A stretch of DNA of 64,000 nucleotides from NCBI GenBank assembly GCA_937992195.1, contig CALKKV010000017.1:20086-84085 (forward strand), given 5' to 3'. The notes below the pieces were generated by a model that worked only from the letters and a program-made list of their open reading frames with translations, was not told where the DNA came from and made no database searches. Below are positions 9,462 through 18,207 of the stretch, piece by piece. The stretch comes from an uncultured Gammaproteobacteria bacterium (lineage in GTDB: Bacteria > Pseudomonadota > Gammaproteobacteria > Arenicellales > Poriferihabitantaceae). Each line of letters begins with the position of its first letter. Position 1 is the stretch's first letter. A program made the position numbers and the translations under genes.

Positions 9462-10862
9462 TTAATGCCGTGCAGCGAGCAGTTTTGCCGCTTCAATAGC
9501 CGCCATTTTAACCTGCTCTGGGGCTGTTCCACCAATATGATTTCTCGCCTTGACAGAACCTTCTACCGTGAGCACATCATAAACATCAGATTCAATGCTT
9601 TCAGAGTGGTGTTGCAGCTGTGAGAGCGGGATCTGATCGAGAGATACCTGGTCTGCGATCGCCATGCCAACGACTTTTCCCACAACCTCGTGGGCATCGC
9701 GAAACGCTATTCCTTTTCTTACTAGATAGTCGGCAAGATCGGTGGCCGTGGAATAGCCGTCAGCTGCAGCCTTATACATGTTCTCTGTTTTAAACCTCAC
9801 TTGAGGAAACATCGCCGCCAGCACCTCAAGGCAGATTGTGCAGGTGTCCAATGTGTCAAACATGGGTTCTTTGTCTTCCTGATTATCCCGGTTGTAGGTC
9901 AGCGGTTGACCCTTCATCAGAGTCAGCAAGGCAACCAGATTACCACTCACCCGCCCGGCTTTACCGCGAATTAACTCCGCCACATCCGGGTTCTTTTTCT
10001 GCGGCATAATGCTGGAGCCAGTGCAGAAGCCATCGCCTAAATCCACAAAATCAAAGTTGCCTCCGGACCATAGAACAAGCTCTTCAGCGATCCGAGATAA
10101 ATGCACGCTAAGTAATGCTGCGTGGGCGTTAAACTCAATCACGAAGTCTCGGTCTGAGACCGCATCCAGGCTGTTATTTGACGGCAAATCAAAACCCAGC
10201 GCATCCGAAGTCATTTGCCGGTCAATAGGATAGCTGGTGCCCGCCAGTGCAGCCGAGCCGAGCGGGCATATATTGATGCGCTTACGACAATCTTGCAGCC
10301 GTTCATAATCCCTCTGCAGCATTTGATTCCACGCAAGAAGGTGGTGGCCGAGAGTTACAGGCTGTGCACTTTGCATATGGGTATATCCCGGAATAATATG
10401 CGCCGAGTGCGCTTTGGCGAGGTCGACCAGGGCCTGCTGCAGTCGAGTAAGTATCTCGCACAGATTATCCACGCCGCCCCTCAGGTAGAGGCGCATATCG
10501 GTTGCAACCTGGTCATTTCTTGAGCGGCCGGTATGCAGCTTTTTCCCAGCCTCGCCAATTCTTTCAGTCAGCGCCGCTTCGATGTTCATATGCACATCCT
10601 CGAGCTCGGGAGCCCATTTGAAAGCACCCTCCTCAATTTCAGCAAGAATCTGCTGGAATCCAGACTCGATATCTTGCAAATCCTTTTTGCTCAATACGCC
10701 AACCTTGGTCAACATTCGCGCATGGGCCAAAGAGCCCTGAATATCCTGCGAATACAGTCGCCAATCAAAATCTACTGAAGAGGAAAATGCCTCCATCAGG
10801 CTGTCAGTGGAACCGCTAAAACGGCCGCCCCACAGCTTTTTCTGAGTATCAGAATGTTTCAT
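9462..10862 (-). CDS. argH: Argininosuccinate lyase
   Basis: [29 protein letters not shown]. Confidence 0.98.
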   Translation of the reverse strand: MKHSDTQKKLWGGRFSGSTDSLMEAFSSSVDFDWRLYSQDIQGSLAHARMLTKVGVLSKKDLQDIESGFQQILAEIEEGAFKWAPELEDVHMNIEAALTERIGEAGKKLHTGRSRNDQVATDMRLYLRGGVDNLCEILTRLQQALVDLAKAHSAHIIPGYTHMQSAQPVTLGHHLLAWNQMLQRDYERLQDCRKRINICPLGSAALAGTSYPIDRQMTSDALGFDLPSNNSLDAVSDRDFVIEFNAHAALLSVHLSRIAEELVLWSGGNFDFVDLGDGFCTGSSIMPQKKNPDVAELIRGKAGRVSGNLVALLTLMKGQPLTYNRDNQEDKEPMFDTLDTCTICLEVLAAMFPQVRFKTENMYKAAADGYSTATDLADYLVRKGIAFRDAHEVVGKVVGMAIADQVSLDQIPLSQLQHHSESIESDVYDVLTVEGSVKARNHIGGTAPEQVKMAAIEAAKLLAARH

Positions 10863-10988
10863 AAAGTCTATTTTTAACGTTTGCTAAGGCGTATTTGGAA
10901 TTCGGTCAGTGAAGAACGACTGCTCAACTGAAAAAAACTACCATTTATCGGAAAGATTTGAAAAACAACAATGACTGTAGTCTACTGG

Positions 10989-11107
10989 AACAGCGGGTAG
11001 GTCGAACCACTCGCTAGTCGGGTCTTTACCCCCTTCAGCAGAACCCCCATTCTGTTCGACCCGATCAAATAATTCTACTCCCCTGCTTTTGCAGGGGAGT
11101 TTTTTTT
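10989..11107 (+). ncRNA. Candidate small RNA with three stem-loops and two C5 motifs; family not recognised, 5' end approximate
   Basis: SL1 AGCGGGT(10992-98)/ACTCGCT(11009-15). SL2 GTCGGGTC(11017-24)/GACCCGAT(11058-65) with bulge TTTACCCCCTTC and inner AGCAGAA/TTCTGTT capped by CCCCCA. SL3 is a terminator. Non-Watson-Crick stem pairs are G-U on the + strand. Confidence 0.65.
11077..11107 (+). terminator. Intrinsic terminator
   Basis: ACTCCCCTGC-TTTT-GCAGGGGAGT, perfect 10-bp stem, T run 11100-11107; no + strand CDS ends here. Confidence 0.9.
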
Positions 11108-11480
11108 GTCTGGTTGAAAAATCACGGGTGGCGTCATCTCGGGACTGCATTCAGCTGGATAATATTCGCTCAAACGGTTACATACCAATCTATATTTGCT
11201 GGTTTTTGGTTTTACCATCGCTTTTCTGGCGGATCAGCGACCCTGACGACCGTTCAAAGTGAGAAATTTCCTCAAAAATGCCGGATTATGGCGATATACT
11301 CGCCTACACTCTCCCTTACCCTTTGCTAATAGCTGTTCCAGCTGGAGACGCGGTTGAAATCCAATATGCCCAAGGTAAGAGAATATGGTAGTTTATGAGC
11401 TGAAGGAACAACAATAAGTCGGCCACATTCCTGTATACGTGGATCTTACGTTTTCAACTAATTAAAAACACCTCGGGGTT

Positions 11481-12518
11481 TTGGTCAACGATCACTTCCA
11501 ACTTAATTTTGCTAAAGGCGGGTTTCCTATAAGGTTTACCTGCACGGCTTTGCTCGGCCTGCTACTTTGCTGGGCAATGTATTTGAGCGCAAATTGGCAA
11601 ACACCCATTTTGATGGAATCGGTTATCGGCCATTTACTGATGATTACGGTGTTTGTTGTCGCTTCGCTTTTGCTTATCCATTTTTTCAACGACACAATCG
11701 GCCAGATGAGTCCGCTCTGGGGCATTTGTTTGGCCTGGCTACTAACTGTGCTTGTCGCTGTTGGGATCTACATTGTGATTTTCCTGCTTGCGGGGCGCTA
11801 CGGCACGGAATCAAGTATTCCTATCTTGCGTTACGTTCAGGTTCAGGCTCCACACAAGCTAATGATTTTCGCCTTATTGCTGGGATTTCCCTACTTTTGG
11901 ACGGAAAGAGAAACTTACACCGCCAAAGCGCTGGTCAAGTCTACAAACTCAGATCAGTTTACTAACCTCGGTTTCCGAATTCGCCCCCATTTTCTTTTCA
12001 ATACACTGAATAGCGTGGCGCACTTGATTAGCTTGCATCCGGCACGAGCAGAAAAAGCGCTATATAATCTCGCTGACGTGTTTCGAGTAGTAATGGCTGA
12101 CAAAAGAGATTTGGTGCCGTTAAAAGCCGAACTAGAGCTAGCCGACAAATACCTGTTTTTGGAGAAGACGCGACTCGGAGAAAGACTGCAGGTAGCCACC
12201 AAAGTAGATCCCCATGCGCTTGGAGTAATGGTTCCGGTATTATTACTGCAACCATTGTTAGAGAACGCGGTCTATCACGGAATTGAGACGCGATTTAAAG
12301 GCGGCAGAATTAATATGAGCGTGCAAGTTATCGACAAACACCTCATTATTCAGATAACAAACCCGTTGCCTGAAGGCAGCATTAAGCGAAGCAGCGGTAA
12401 CAAGGTAGCACAGGAAAACTTAAGAGAGAGGATTTACCGAACATTTGGAGCGCGCGGCACATTCGATGCATATGAGGCGGACGAAAGATATACCGTGACT
12501 CTTCGGTTTCCCCTTTGA
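11481..12518 (+). CDS. LytS-family sensor histidine kinase, AlgZ/FimS-like
   Basis: Four N-terminal hydrophobic segments, IRPHFLFNTLN H-box, LQPLLENAVYHG N-box, reduced G-box; argH-algZ-algR synteny. TTG start uncertain. Confidence 0.9.
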   Translation: MVNDHFQLNFAKGGFPIRFTCTALLGLLLCWAMYLSANWQTPILMESVIGHLLMITVFVVASLLLIHFFNDTIGQMSPLWGICLAWLLTVLVAVGIYIVIFLLAGRYGTESSIPILRYVQVQAPHKLMIFALLLGFPYFWTERETYTAKALVKSTNSDQFTNLGFRIRPHFLFNTLNSVAHLISLHPARAEKALYNLADVFRVVMADKRDLVPLKAELELADKYLFLEKTRLGERLQVATKVDPHALGVMVPVLLLQPLLENAVYHGIETRFKGGRINMSVQVIDKHLIIQITNPLPEGSIKRSSGNKVAQENLRERIYRTFGARGTFDAYEADERYTVTLRFPL

Positions 12519-12521
12519 AAA

Positions 12522-12631
12522 CATTCGATGGACTTATATGCTCTGTGAAGGGGGCGATAGTTCGAAAGCCGGGCGCAGCTTTATTAAAAGCTTGCAACTG
12601 TCGAGTTGTTATAGAGCGATCTGTATGAATG
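12522..12631 (+). promoter_or_regulatory. Long structured RNA element in the algZ-algR spacer (putative algR leader)
   Basis: Nested helices CATTC/GAATG, ATGGA/TCTGT, GCTCTGTGA(12540-48)/TTATAGAGC(12609-17), CGATAGTT(12555-62)/AACTGTCG(12596-603), GCAGCTTT/AAAGCTTGC; five G-U pairs, all on the + strand. Confidence 0.55.
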
Positions 12632-12687
12632 GAATTCAAAAACAGGCGTAAAGTTGATGCAGGACGTAAAAATATATTGATAAGAAA

Positions 12688-13425
12688 ATGAAGTATTTAA
12701 TAATTGACGACGAGTTTCTCGCAAGAGCGAGACTGAAAGAGCTGCTGCTTCGTATTGACCCGAATGCAGAAGTGTTTGAAGCCGAAAATGGTCAACAGGC
12801 GATAGACTTTTGTGAGAAGCACCGGCCGGATACAGCGTTAGTAGACATTCGAATGCCCGGTATTAGCGGTATTGAGCTGGTATACCACTTCTCGGCATTA
12901 GAGAATACGCCGGCAGTGATCTTTACAACCGCCTATAGTGAATACGCGCTGGAGGCATTTGATGCCAATGCTATTGACTATCTTTTGAAGCCAGTGCAAA
13001 TCGATCGTTTGAAGCGGGCTTTGCTAAAGGCAAACCCCATCAGTGAATCACAAACCCAATCGTTGCGTAAAAACTCTCGCAGCATGCATATTTCGATCAG
13101 TCAAAAGGGCAAAATAAAACTAGTCCCTATCCAAAATATTTGTTACCTGAAGGCTGAAAATAAATACGTTATGGTGAAAACTCCGAATGAAGAGTTTTTG
13201 ATGAATGAAACATTAAATAACCTTGAGACTGAGCTCGGCGAGAGTTTTCTTCGGGTTCATCGCAATGCCCTGATCTCTACTGAACATCTCGAAGGGCTGG
13301 AGAAAAATGAGGACGGGCAGTGGTGTGTCTTTTTTCGCGGCATCGACGACACAGTCGAAATAAGCCGCCGCCAGACACCAACTATACGTGCCTGGTTAAA
13401 GAGCCGCGGCCTGGATCAGTCATAA
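12688..13425 (+). CDS. algR: LytTR-family response regulator, AlgR-like
   Basis: REC domain (IDDE, LVDIRMPG, FTTAY, LLKP) plus LytTR domain (FLRVHRNALI, ISRR); follows the AlgZ-like kinase. Confidence 0.88.
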   Translation: MKYLIIDDEFLARARLKELLLRIDPNAEVFEAENGQQAIDFCEKHRPDTALVDIRMPGISGIELVYHFSALENTPAVIFTTAYSEYALEAFDANAIDYLLKPVQIDRLKRALLKANPISESQTQSLRKNSRSMHISISQKGKIKLVPIQNICYLKAENKYVMVKTPNEEFLMNETLNNLETELGESFLRVHRNALISTEHLEGLEKNEDGQWCVFFRGIDDTVEISRRQTPTIRAWLKSRGLDQS

Positions 13426-13532
13426 ACGATTGAACCACCGAAAAACAAACCACCTGTTCCACCGGCAGTGATCTACGCATAATCCCACTGCTAATTTATT
13501 TTAGAACTGATTTAGAAATGATTGTCCGGATA

Positions 13533-13805
13533 TCAACTCGCTGAACCGGCATTAGACTGGATATAATTAACGATATCAGAAGACTCCGGCATCCAGCGGG
13601 CATCACCTCCATCTTGATTAATTTTAAGAACAGGCACGGTTGTGCGGCCTGTCGCGCTTACGAGTTCTTTTTCAAACGCGGGCTCCTGCCAAATATTGCG
13701 AATCTCGAGCTTAACTCCAAGCTCATCTGCAGCACGTAAGACACGATTGCAGTACATACAATAGTCTCGAATGTACAACGTAAGATCTGTGTTTTCGTTC
13801 GTCAT
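13533..13805 (-). CDS. Glutaredoxin-family protein
   Basis: CMYC, TGRTTVPVL, WMPESSDI. Confidence 0.88.
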   Translation of the reverse strand: MTNENTDLTLYIRDYCMYCNRVLRAADELGVKLEIRNIWQEPAFEKELVSATGRTTVPVLKINQDGGDARWMPESSDIVNYIQSNAGSAS

Positions 13806-13920
13806 TGTCTCTTTCTATCAAATAATTATTTCTGAGCATCCGACCATGTATCTCTCGGTAAATTCCCCGGAGTTGAGCTCAATAGCGCCATTATACCCAG
13901 CTTTAGCGCCGAACCCTCGA

Positions 13921-14745
13921 TCACTGCAATAATGTTTCCAGGGCAGATAAGGTCGCCACACAATCTTCCTCTATTTTCAACGTAAACAATTCATCGGCCC
14001 TGGTCTTGCCCTGATTAAAAGCAACGATTGGCTTTTTCAAAGAGGCAGCTTGCCTACAAAATCGGTAGCCGGAATAAACCATCAAAGAAGACCCGATTAC
14101 CATCAAGACATCGCATGACTCTATCGCGCGGCTTACCAACTGCACATTTTCAATTGGTACCGCGCCCCCAAAAAATACAACGTCAGGCATAATCACTCCG
14201 CCACATTCCGGGCAGACGGGTATCTTGACCTTGCTCACTATCTTTTCAGCTACCGCAGCGTCTCCATCTGGGGCCAACTCTGCCCGGATATCACCCAAAA
14301 AAGGATTCGATTCGAGCAGCTCCTGTTGAATCTCTGATCGCTCAAAACCCGCCTTACAATCGAGGCAGCTTACGCGGTCTAAACGACCGTGCAGATCAAT
14401 CACCCGCTGTTGTCCCGCCTTTTGATGCAGCCGGTCTACATTTTGTGTAACCAATAACGAAATCAATCCAGAACGCTCTAAGCGTGCAAGAATCTGGTGT
14501 GCATCATTGGGTTTGGCCCTCGCCACCGCGGGCCAGCCAACAGCGCTTCTCGCCCAATACCGCTGCCTTTTAGAGGGGTTGTCAAGAAACTCTTGATGTT
14601 GAATCGGCTCACTGCCCAACCATTTTCCGCTGTGATCACGATAAGGCGGTATGCCGGACTGAATACTAATCCCCGCGCCAGTTAGCACCACGACATTGGC
14701 GTTATTCTTAACAAGAGCGGTTAGCACTTCAAACGACGTCTCCAC
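13921..14745 (-). CDS. NAD-dependent protein deacylase, class II (SIRT4-like) sirtuin
   Basis: LTGAGIS, RQRYWARS, TQNVDRLH, LHG, two CxxC zinc pairs, APDGDA, PDVVFFG, GSSLMVYSGYRF. Confidence 0.93.
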   Translation of the reverse strand: METSFEVLTALVKNNANVVVLTGAGISIQSGIPPYRDHSGKWLGSEPIQHQEFLDNPSKRQRYWARSAVGWPAVARAKPNDAHQILARLERSGLISLLVTQNVDRLHQKAGQQRVIDLHGRLDRVSCLDCKAGFERSEIQQELLESNPFLGDIRAELAPDGDAAVAEKIVSKVKIPVCPECGGVIMPDVVFFGGAVPIENVQLVSRAIESCDVLMVIGSSLMVYSGYRFCRQAASLKKPIVAFNQGKTRADELFTLKIEEDCVATLSALETLLQ

Positions 14746-14754
14746 CGTTCCAGG

Positions 14755-15384
14755 CTATCCGATCTTTGAAAGCTTGAGCAGTTTTTTTAAATCCTTACGC
14801 AGCTTGGATGGATCCAGTGTTGCCGGCAACGCCATCATAATGTTACCCAATGGGTCCACCAATAGTGCGTCATGCGGCCCCAGCTTTTCTCGCTCCACAA
14901 CTGGCGTCAGTTGCGTATCTAACCCCTCGGTAATGCGCAATACCAACATCCCATCCGGATGATCTCGTCCGATCGTATCAAGTAAAGAGACATTGCTCCC
15001 CAAAATGACGCGCTGCACCCGATTTGCATCTCTACCAAGACCCAAACGGGTTTGCCTCGTGTTATACAGCGATACCTCGCATTGCTCGTCACATTGGCCA
15101 GCCAGTCGATGAATAATTGTCCAACGACCCTTCATAGTTTCGTTTGTCAGCTCTTCCTGGTTAAGCTGCAGGTTGGTGAACGGCTGAAGAGTCACTATTG
15201 GCTCAATTAATGGCGCATTATTCACGCGCTTTCCAGAGTCTAGCAGCTGCGGAAAGAAATAATAGCTGACGATTGCAACGAAAAAAGGCACAAAAAAGAA
15301 ACCCAGTATTGTGAGCATCTTTACGCGACTTCGTCTTATCGCTTCTTTTGAACTGGAGTCAGTCTGGCTTGTGTTTTCAGTCAT
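14755..15384 (-). CDS. Membrane-anchored cox-cluster protein with thioredoxin-like fold; start moved to MTENT
   Basis: One TM helix, CDEQC, LVDPLGNIMM, DLKKLLKLSKIG; usual position after SURF1. Confidence 0.8.
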   Translation of the reverse strand: MTENTSQTDSSSKEAIRRSRVKMLTILGFFFVPFFVAIVSYYFFPQLLDSGKRVNNAPLIEPIVTLQPFTNLQLNQEELTNETMKGRWTIIHRLAGQCDEQCEVSLYNTRQTRLGLGRDANRVQRVILGSNVSLLDTIGRDHPDGMLVLRITEGLDTQLTPVVEREKLGPHDALLVDPLGNIMMALPATLDPSKLRKDLKKLLKLSKIG

Positions 15385-15413
15385 TGAGAATTCTTTATTT
15401 CTATACCCATAAG

Positions 15414-16124
15414 TTAGGTCGGCGCTCGACGTCGCCAGACCAAACCAAAGATCATAAGCGTGATCGCAAGCCCCCACCATTGCGCGGTGTAGGCATAGTG
15501 TCTCTCAGCAGAAATCGTGCCCGCTTTCCAGATTTGCAGAAAGCTGGCTGCATGGTTCGAATCCAACACCAACACTGCCGACATAAGCCTGCGGTCTAAT
15601 AACTCAGATAGTGCCGAAAAATCATAGTACAAGAACCGAAGCGGCTGGGTAAGCGGCTTGACCACGCTCTCGCCAAGGGTAAAACCCGTTTGTGGCAGGT
15701 ACAGTTGCCCCACTGGCGCTTCTTCGAGAGGTTGCGACAATAGATTCGCATTCACCTCGCCCGCTTCAATAGATTGCTTATGAATCCAGCCCCGATTTAC
15801 CAGCATCCACTGCTGATCCTTAGCAAGCTCAAATGGCACCAACACCTCAAAACCCGGTTGACCCTGATGCAATCGGTTCTCTAATAGAAGTGTCTTTTCG
15901 TATAACCATTTTCCATTCAGCTCAGCCCTGCGATAGGTGACATCCTGCCATGCAATTCGTCGATCCACTGATAGTGGCGCCAGGATATTGCCTTCGCTGG
16001 TCTGCGTAGCGATCGCTGCTTTCTCCAAACCTCGGTTCAACTGCCACAAACCAAGCGTGAACAATATTGCCAAACTGACAGTGAATAACAGGTAACCCAA
16101 TGCAGTCTTTACATTTATAATCAT
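15414..16124 (-). CDS. SURF1-family cytochrome oxidase assembly protein
   Basis: LGLWQLNR, LVNRGW, HYAYTAQWW. Confidence 0.93.
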   Translation of the reverse strand: MIINVKTALGYLLFTVSLAILFTLGLWQLNRGLEKAAIATQTSEGNILAPLSVDRRIAWQDVTYRRAELNGKWLYEKTLLLENRLHQGQPGFEVLVPFELAKDQQWMLVNRGWIHKQSIEAGEVNANLLSQPLEEAPVGQLYLPQTGFTLGESVVKPLTQPLRFLYYDFSALSELLDRRLMSAVLVLDSNHAASFLQIWKAGTISAERHYAYTAQWWGLAITLMIFGLVWRRRAPT

Positions 16125-16184
16125 CTCTCTCCGCTAAGCTCTGCTTGGCAAACCGACAGCAGCCCTGGCAACCAAACCACTATC

Positions 16185-16397
16185 ATGCTTTTGTTTAAAC
16201 TCATTATCGTATTGCTGCTTATTTTCATTATGGTTAGCTTGTTTACCGCGCTGTTTTACATGGTTAAAAGCCCGGACAACGCCGCTACAGTCGTGAAGTC
16301 GCTAACAATTCGAATCGGCCTGTCTCTATTTTTGTTGGTTCTTATCCTTATCGGTGCCCATTTTGGTGTTATTGAGCCCCATGGATTTGGTGAATAA
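16185..16397 (+). CDS. Twin-transmembrane small protein, DUF2909-like
   Basis: Two TM helices, SLTIRIGLS, ends IEPHG; opposite-strand position between coxC and SURF1 is typical. Confidence 0.85.
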   Translation: MLLFKLIIVLLLIFIMVSLFTALFYMVKSPDNAATVVKSLTIRIGLSLFLLVLILIGAHFGVIEPHGFGE

Positions 16398-16425
16398 CTA
16401 AATTTGATTCTCTACTGCACCAATA

Positions 16426-16453
16426 AAAAACGCTGCTAAAAAGCAGCGTTTTT
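16426..16453. terminator. Bidirectional intrinsic terminator
   Basis: AAAAACGCTGCT-AAAA-AGCAGCGTTTTT between convergent genes. Confidence 0.85.
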
Positions 16454-16488
16454 CATAGCGATTCATGTCGAATCTGTTTAGCGCTAGC

Positions 16489-17355
16489 CTACAGAATATA
16501 GACGAAAATAAACAGCCCAAGCCAGACAACGTCAACGAAGTGCCAGTACCATGCCGCTGCTTCGAAGGCGAAATGACGTTCTGGAGTAAAGTGTCCACGC
16601 ATCGCGCGTAGTAACACAACCAGCAGAATGATCGCGCCCATGGTTACGTGAAAACCGTGAAAGCCTGTCAGCATAAAGAATGTCGAGCCATAAATACCGC
16701 TCTGTAGTGTCATACCTTCATGGTAGGCCTCTTGATATTCAACCGCCTGGAAGTAAACGAAGATAAAACCCAGGAGTACGGTCGCAGCAAGACCCCAGAT
16801 AAAACGCTTTCTGTCGTTTTTAATTACCGCATGGTGGGCAATGGTTACGGTGATACCAGAGGTCAAAAGGATCGCTGTATTTAAAATCGGCAGTGGCCAC
16901 CATCCCATGTGGAAATCACTACCACCCATGTCGGCCGGACCGTTGGTTGGCCAAATCTCGGAGAAGGTGCTCCACAGCCAGGTATGGGTATTTGCACCCG
17001 CGCCTTCACCCAGAATCCATGGCACAGAAAATACCCGGGCGTAAAACAATGCACCGAAGAATGCCGCAAAAAACATCACTTCGGAGAAGATGAACCAGCT
17101 CATGCCCAAACGGAAAGACTTATCTTCCCATGGCTTGTACTGGCCACTCTCACTTTCACGAATTACAGTGCCAAACCACCCGAACATCATGATGACTAGC
17201 ATCAAAAGCCCGATGTAGAAAACCGGCTCTCCAAGGGCATGCTGATTGAGCCAGCCAGCAAGCCCTCCAGTTGTTGTAGCTAATGCAACTGATCCTAACA
17301 GCGGCCAGTAAGCGCCATCTGGCACGTAATAATGGTTTTCAGCAGAACTTGCCAT
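16489..17355 (-). CDS. coxC: Cytochrome c oxidase subunit III
   Basis: FIFSEVMFF, TGFHGFHV, WYWHFVDVVW. Confidence 0.97.
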   Translation of the reverse strand: MASSAENHYYVPDGAYWPLLGSVALATTTGGLAGWLNQHALGEPVFYIGLLMLVIMMFGWFGTVIRESESGQYKPWEDKSFRLGMSWFIFSEVMFFAAFFGALFYARVFSVPWILGEGAGANTHTWLWSTFSEIWPTNGPADMGGSDFHMGWWPLPILNTAILLTSGITVTIAHHAVIKNDRKRFIWGLAATVLLGFIFVYFQAVEYQEAYHEGMTLQSGIYGSTFFMLTGFHGFHVTMGAIILLVVLLRAMRGHFTPERHFAFEAAAWYWHFVDVVWLGLFIFVYIL

Positions 17356-17385
17356 CTTAGTAAACCTCGATTCTCTAAATTCGTA

Positions 17386-17964
17386 TTAAATCTTTTTGGT
17401 AATGTCGAAAAACGTGTACGACAAGGTCACGGTATCCACATCAGCAGGAAGGTCCGGATCAACGATAAAAACCAACGGCATATCGAGAGTTTGACCAGGA
17501 TCAAATGTTTGGGTCACAAAACAGAAACATTCTGTTTTATTGAAATGACTTGCAGCGCGCCCCGGGGACACACTTGGAACAGCCTGACCGACGAGCTCTT
17601 TTTGCAGTTTATTGGTAGCGGTATAACTGGTTTTATACTGCTTACCAGGGTGTACCATCATACTGGTCACTGTGGGCGCGAACTCCCATGGCGCATACTG
17701 GTTCAGACTACCGCTAAACTCTACCTTTACTAACCGATTCGGATCGACTTTGATCGCAGATGCTTCAGCAACGCTAATCGTGCCGGTCTTGCCGTTTAAA
17801 CCTGTGATGTCGCACAAAATATTGTAAATCGGCACCATCAAGTATCCGAAGCCGAACATCAACACCGGAATCAAAAACAAAACAGGCAGGCTCACATTCC
17901 CTTTGTTACGTCGGGTTGCGTCTGATTTGCTATTAGCGCCAGGCTGGTTTGATCGTTTATTCAT
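17386..17964 (-). CDS. ctaG: Cytochrome c oxidase copper chaperone CtaG/Cox11
   Basis: VPIYNILCDITG, KTECFCF, TLSYTFF. Confidence 0.96.
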   Translation of the reverse strand: MNKRSNQPGANSKSDATRRNKGNVSLPVLFLIPVLMFGFGYLMVPIYNILCDITGLNGKTGTISVAEASAIKVDPNRLVKVEFSGSLNQYAPWEFAPTVTSMMVHPGKQYKTSYTATNKLQKELVGQAVPSVSPGRAASHFNKTECFCFVTQTFDPGQTLDMPLVFIVDPDLPADVDTVTLSYTFFDITKKI

Positions 17965-17993
17965 ATCTTGAATTTTCAGAAAGCTATTCTCTT

Positions 17994-18092
17994 TTAACTA
18001 GCGGCGCTTCTCATCAGCAGCAAAAAGCCGAAGTAGATGCAGATAGCTATGGCAAATAAAATAGTCACCGTAATTTTGACGTTCTTCTTCAC
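17994..18092 (-). CDS. 32-aa single-TM small protein, probable cytochrome oxidase small assembly protein (not in the ORF track)
   Basis: GTG start, MKKNVKITVTILFAIAICIYFGFLLLMRSAAS; lies between coxA and ctaG, where similar peptides occur in related cox operons. Confidence 0.65.
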   Translation of the reverse strand: MKKNVKITVTILFAIAICIYFGFLLLMRSAAS

Positions 18093-18167
18093 TTTTATTC
18101 CGCTAAAGCCATGGCTCAACGCGTTTAAATTCTCACTGTTGCGATGTTTCTACCGCTTAAAATAACT

Positions 18168-18201
18168 TGAGGGTTTGGCCAACCTAATGTCCAAACCCTC
18201 A
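18168..18201 (-). terminator. Intra-operon hairpin after coxA (partial terminator or mRNA stabiliser)
   Basis: TGAGGGTTTGG (18168-78) / CCAAACCCTCA (18191-201); followed on the - strand by AGTTATTTT. Confidence 0.6.
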
Positions 18202-18207
18202 GTCTCT

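Noticed and set aside
10992-11015. tRNA T-loop-like GGTTCGA on the - strand
   Set aside because: No cloverleaf or acceptor stem; G-U pairs and the T tail point to the + strand.
11385-11417. Mini-ORF MVVYELKEQQ and AACAACAATAA upstream of algZ
   Set aside because: Too short to tell from chance, and no amino-acid bias suggesting a leader peptide.
12543-12603. c-di-GMP riboswitch-like words (CTGTGAAG, TTCGAAAG, GGGCGCA, TGCAAC)
   Set aside because: The class I stem under the GAAA loop does not pair, and the class II kink-turn strand and GCAC/GTGC pseudoknot are missing.
13501-13522. Tandem 11-mer TTAGAA(C/A)TGAT
   Set aside because: Two copies in an AT-rich convergent gap, where an operator makes little sense.
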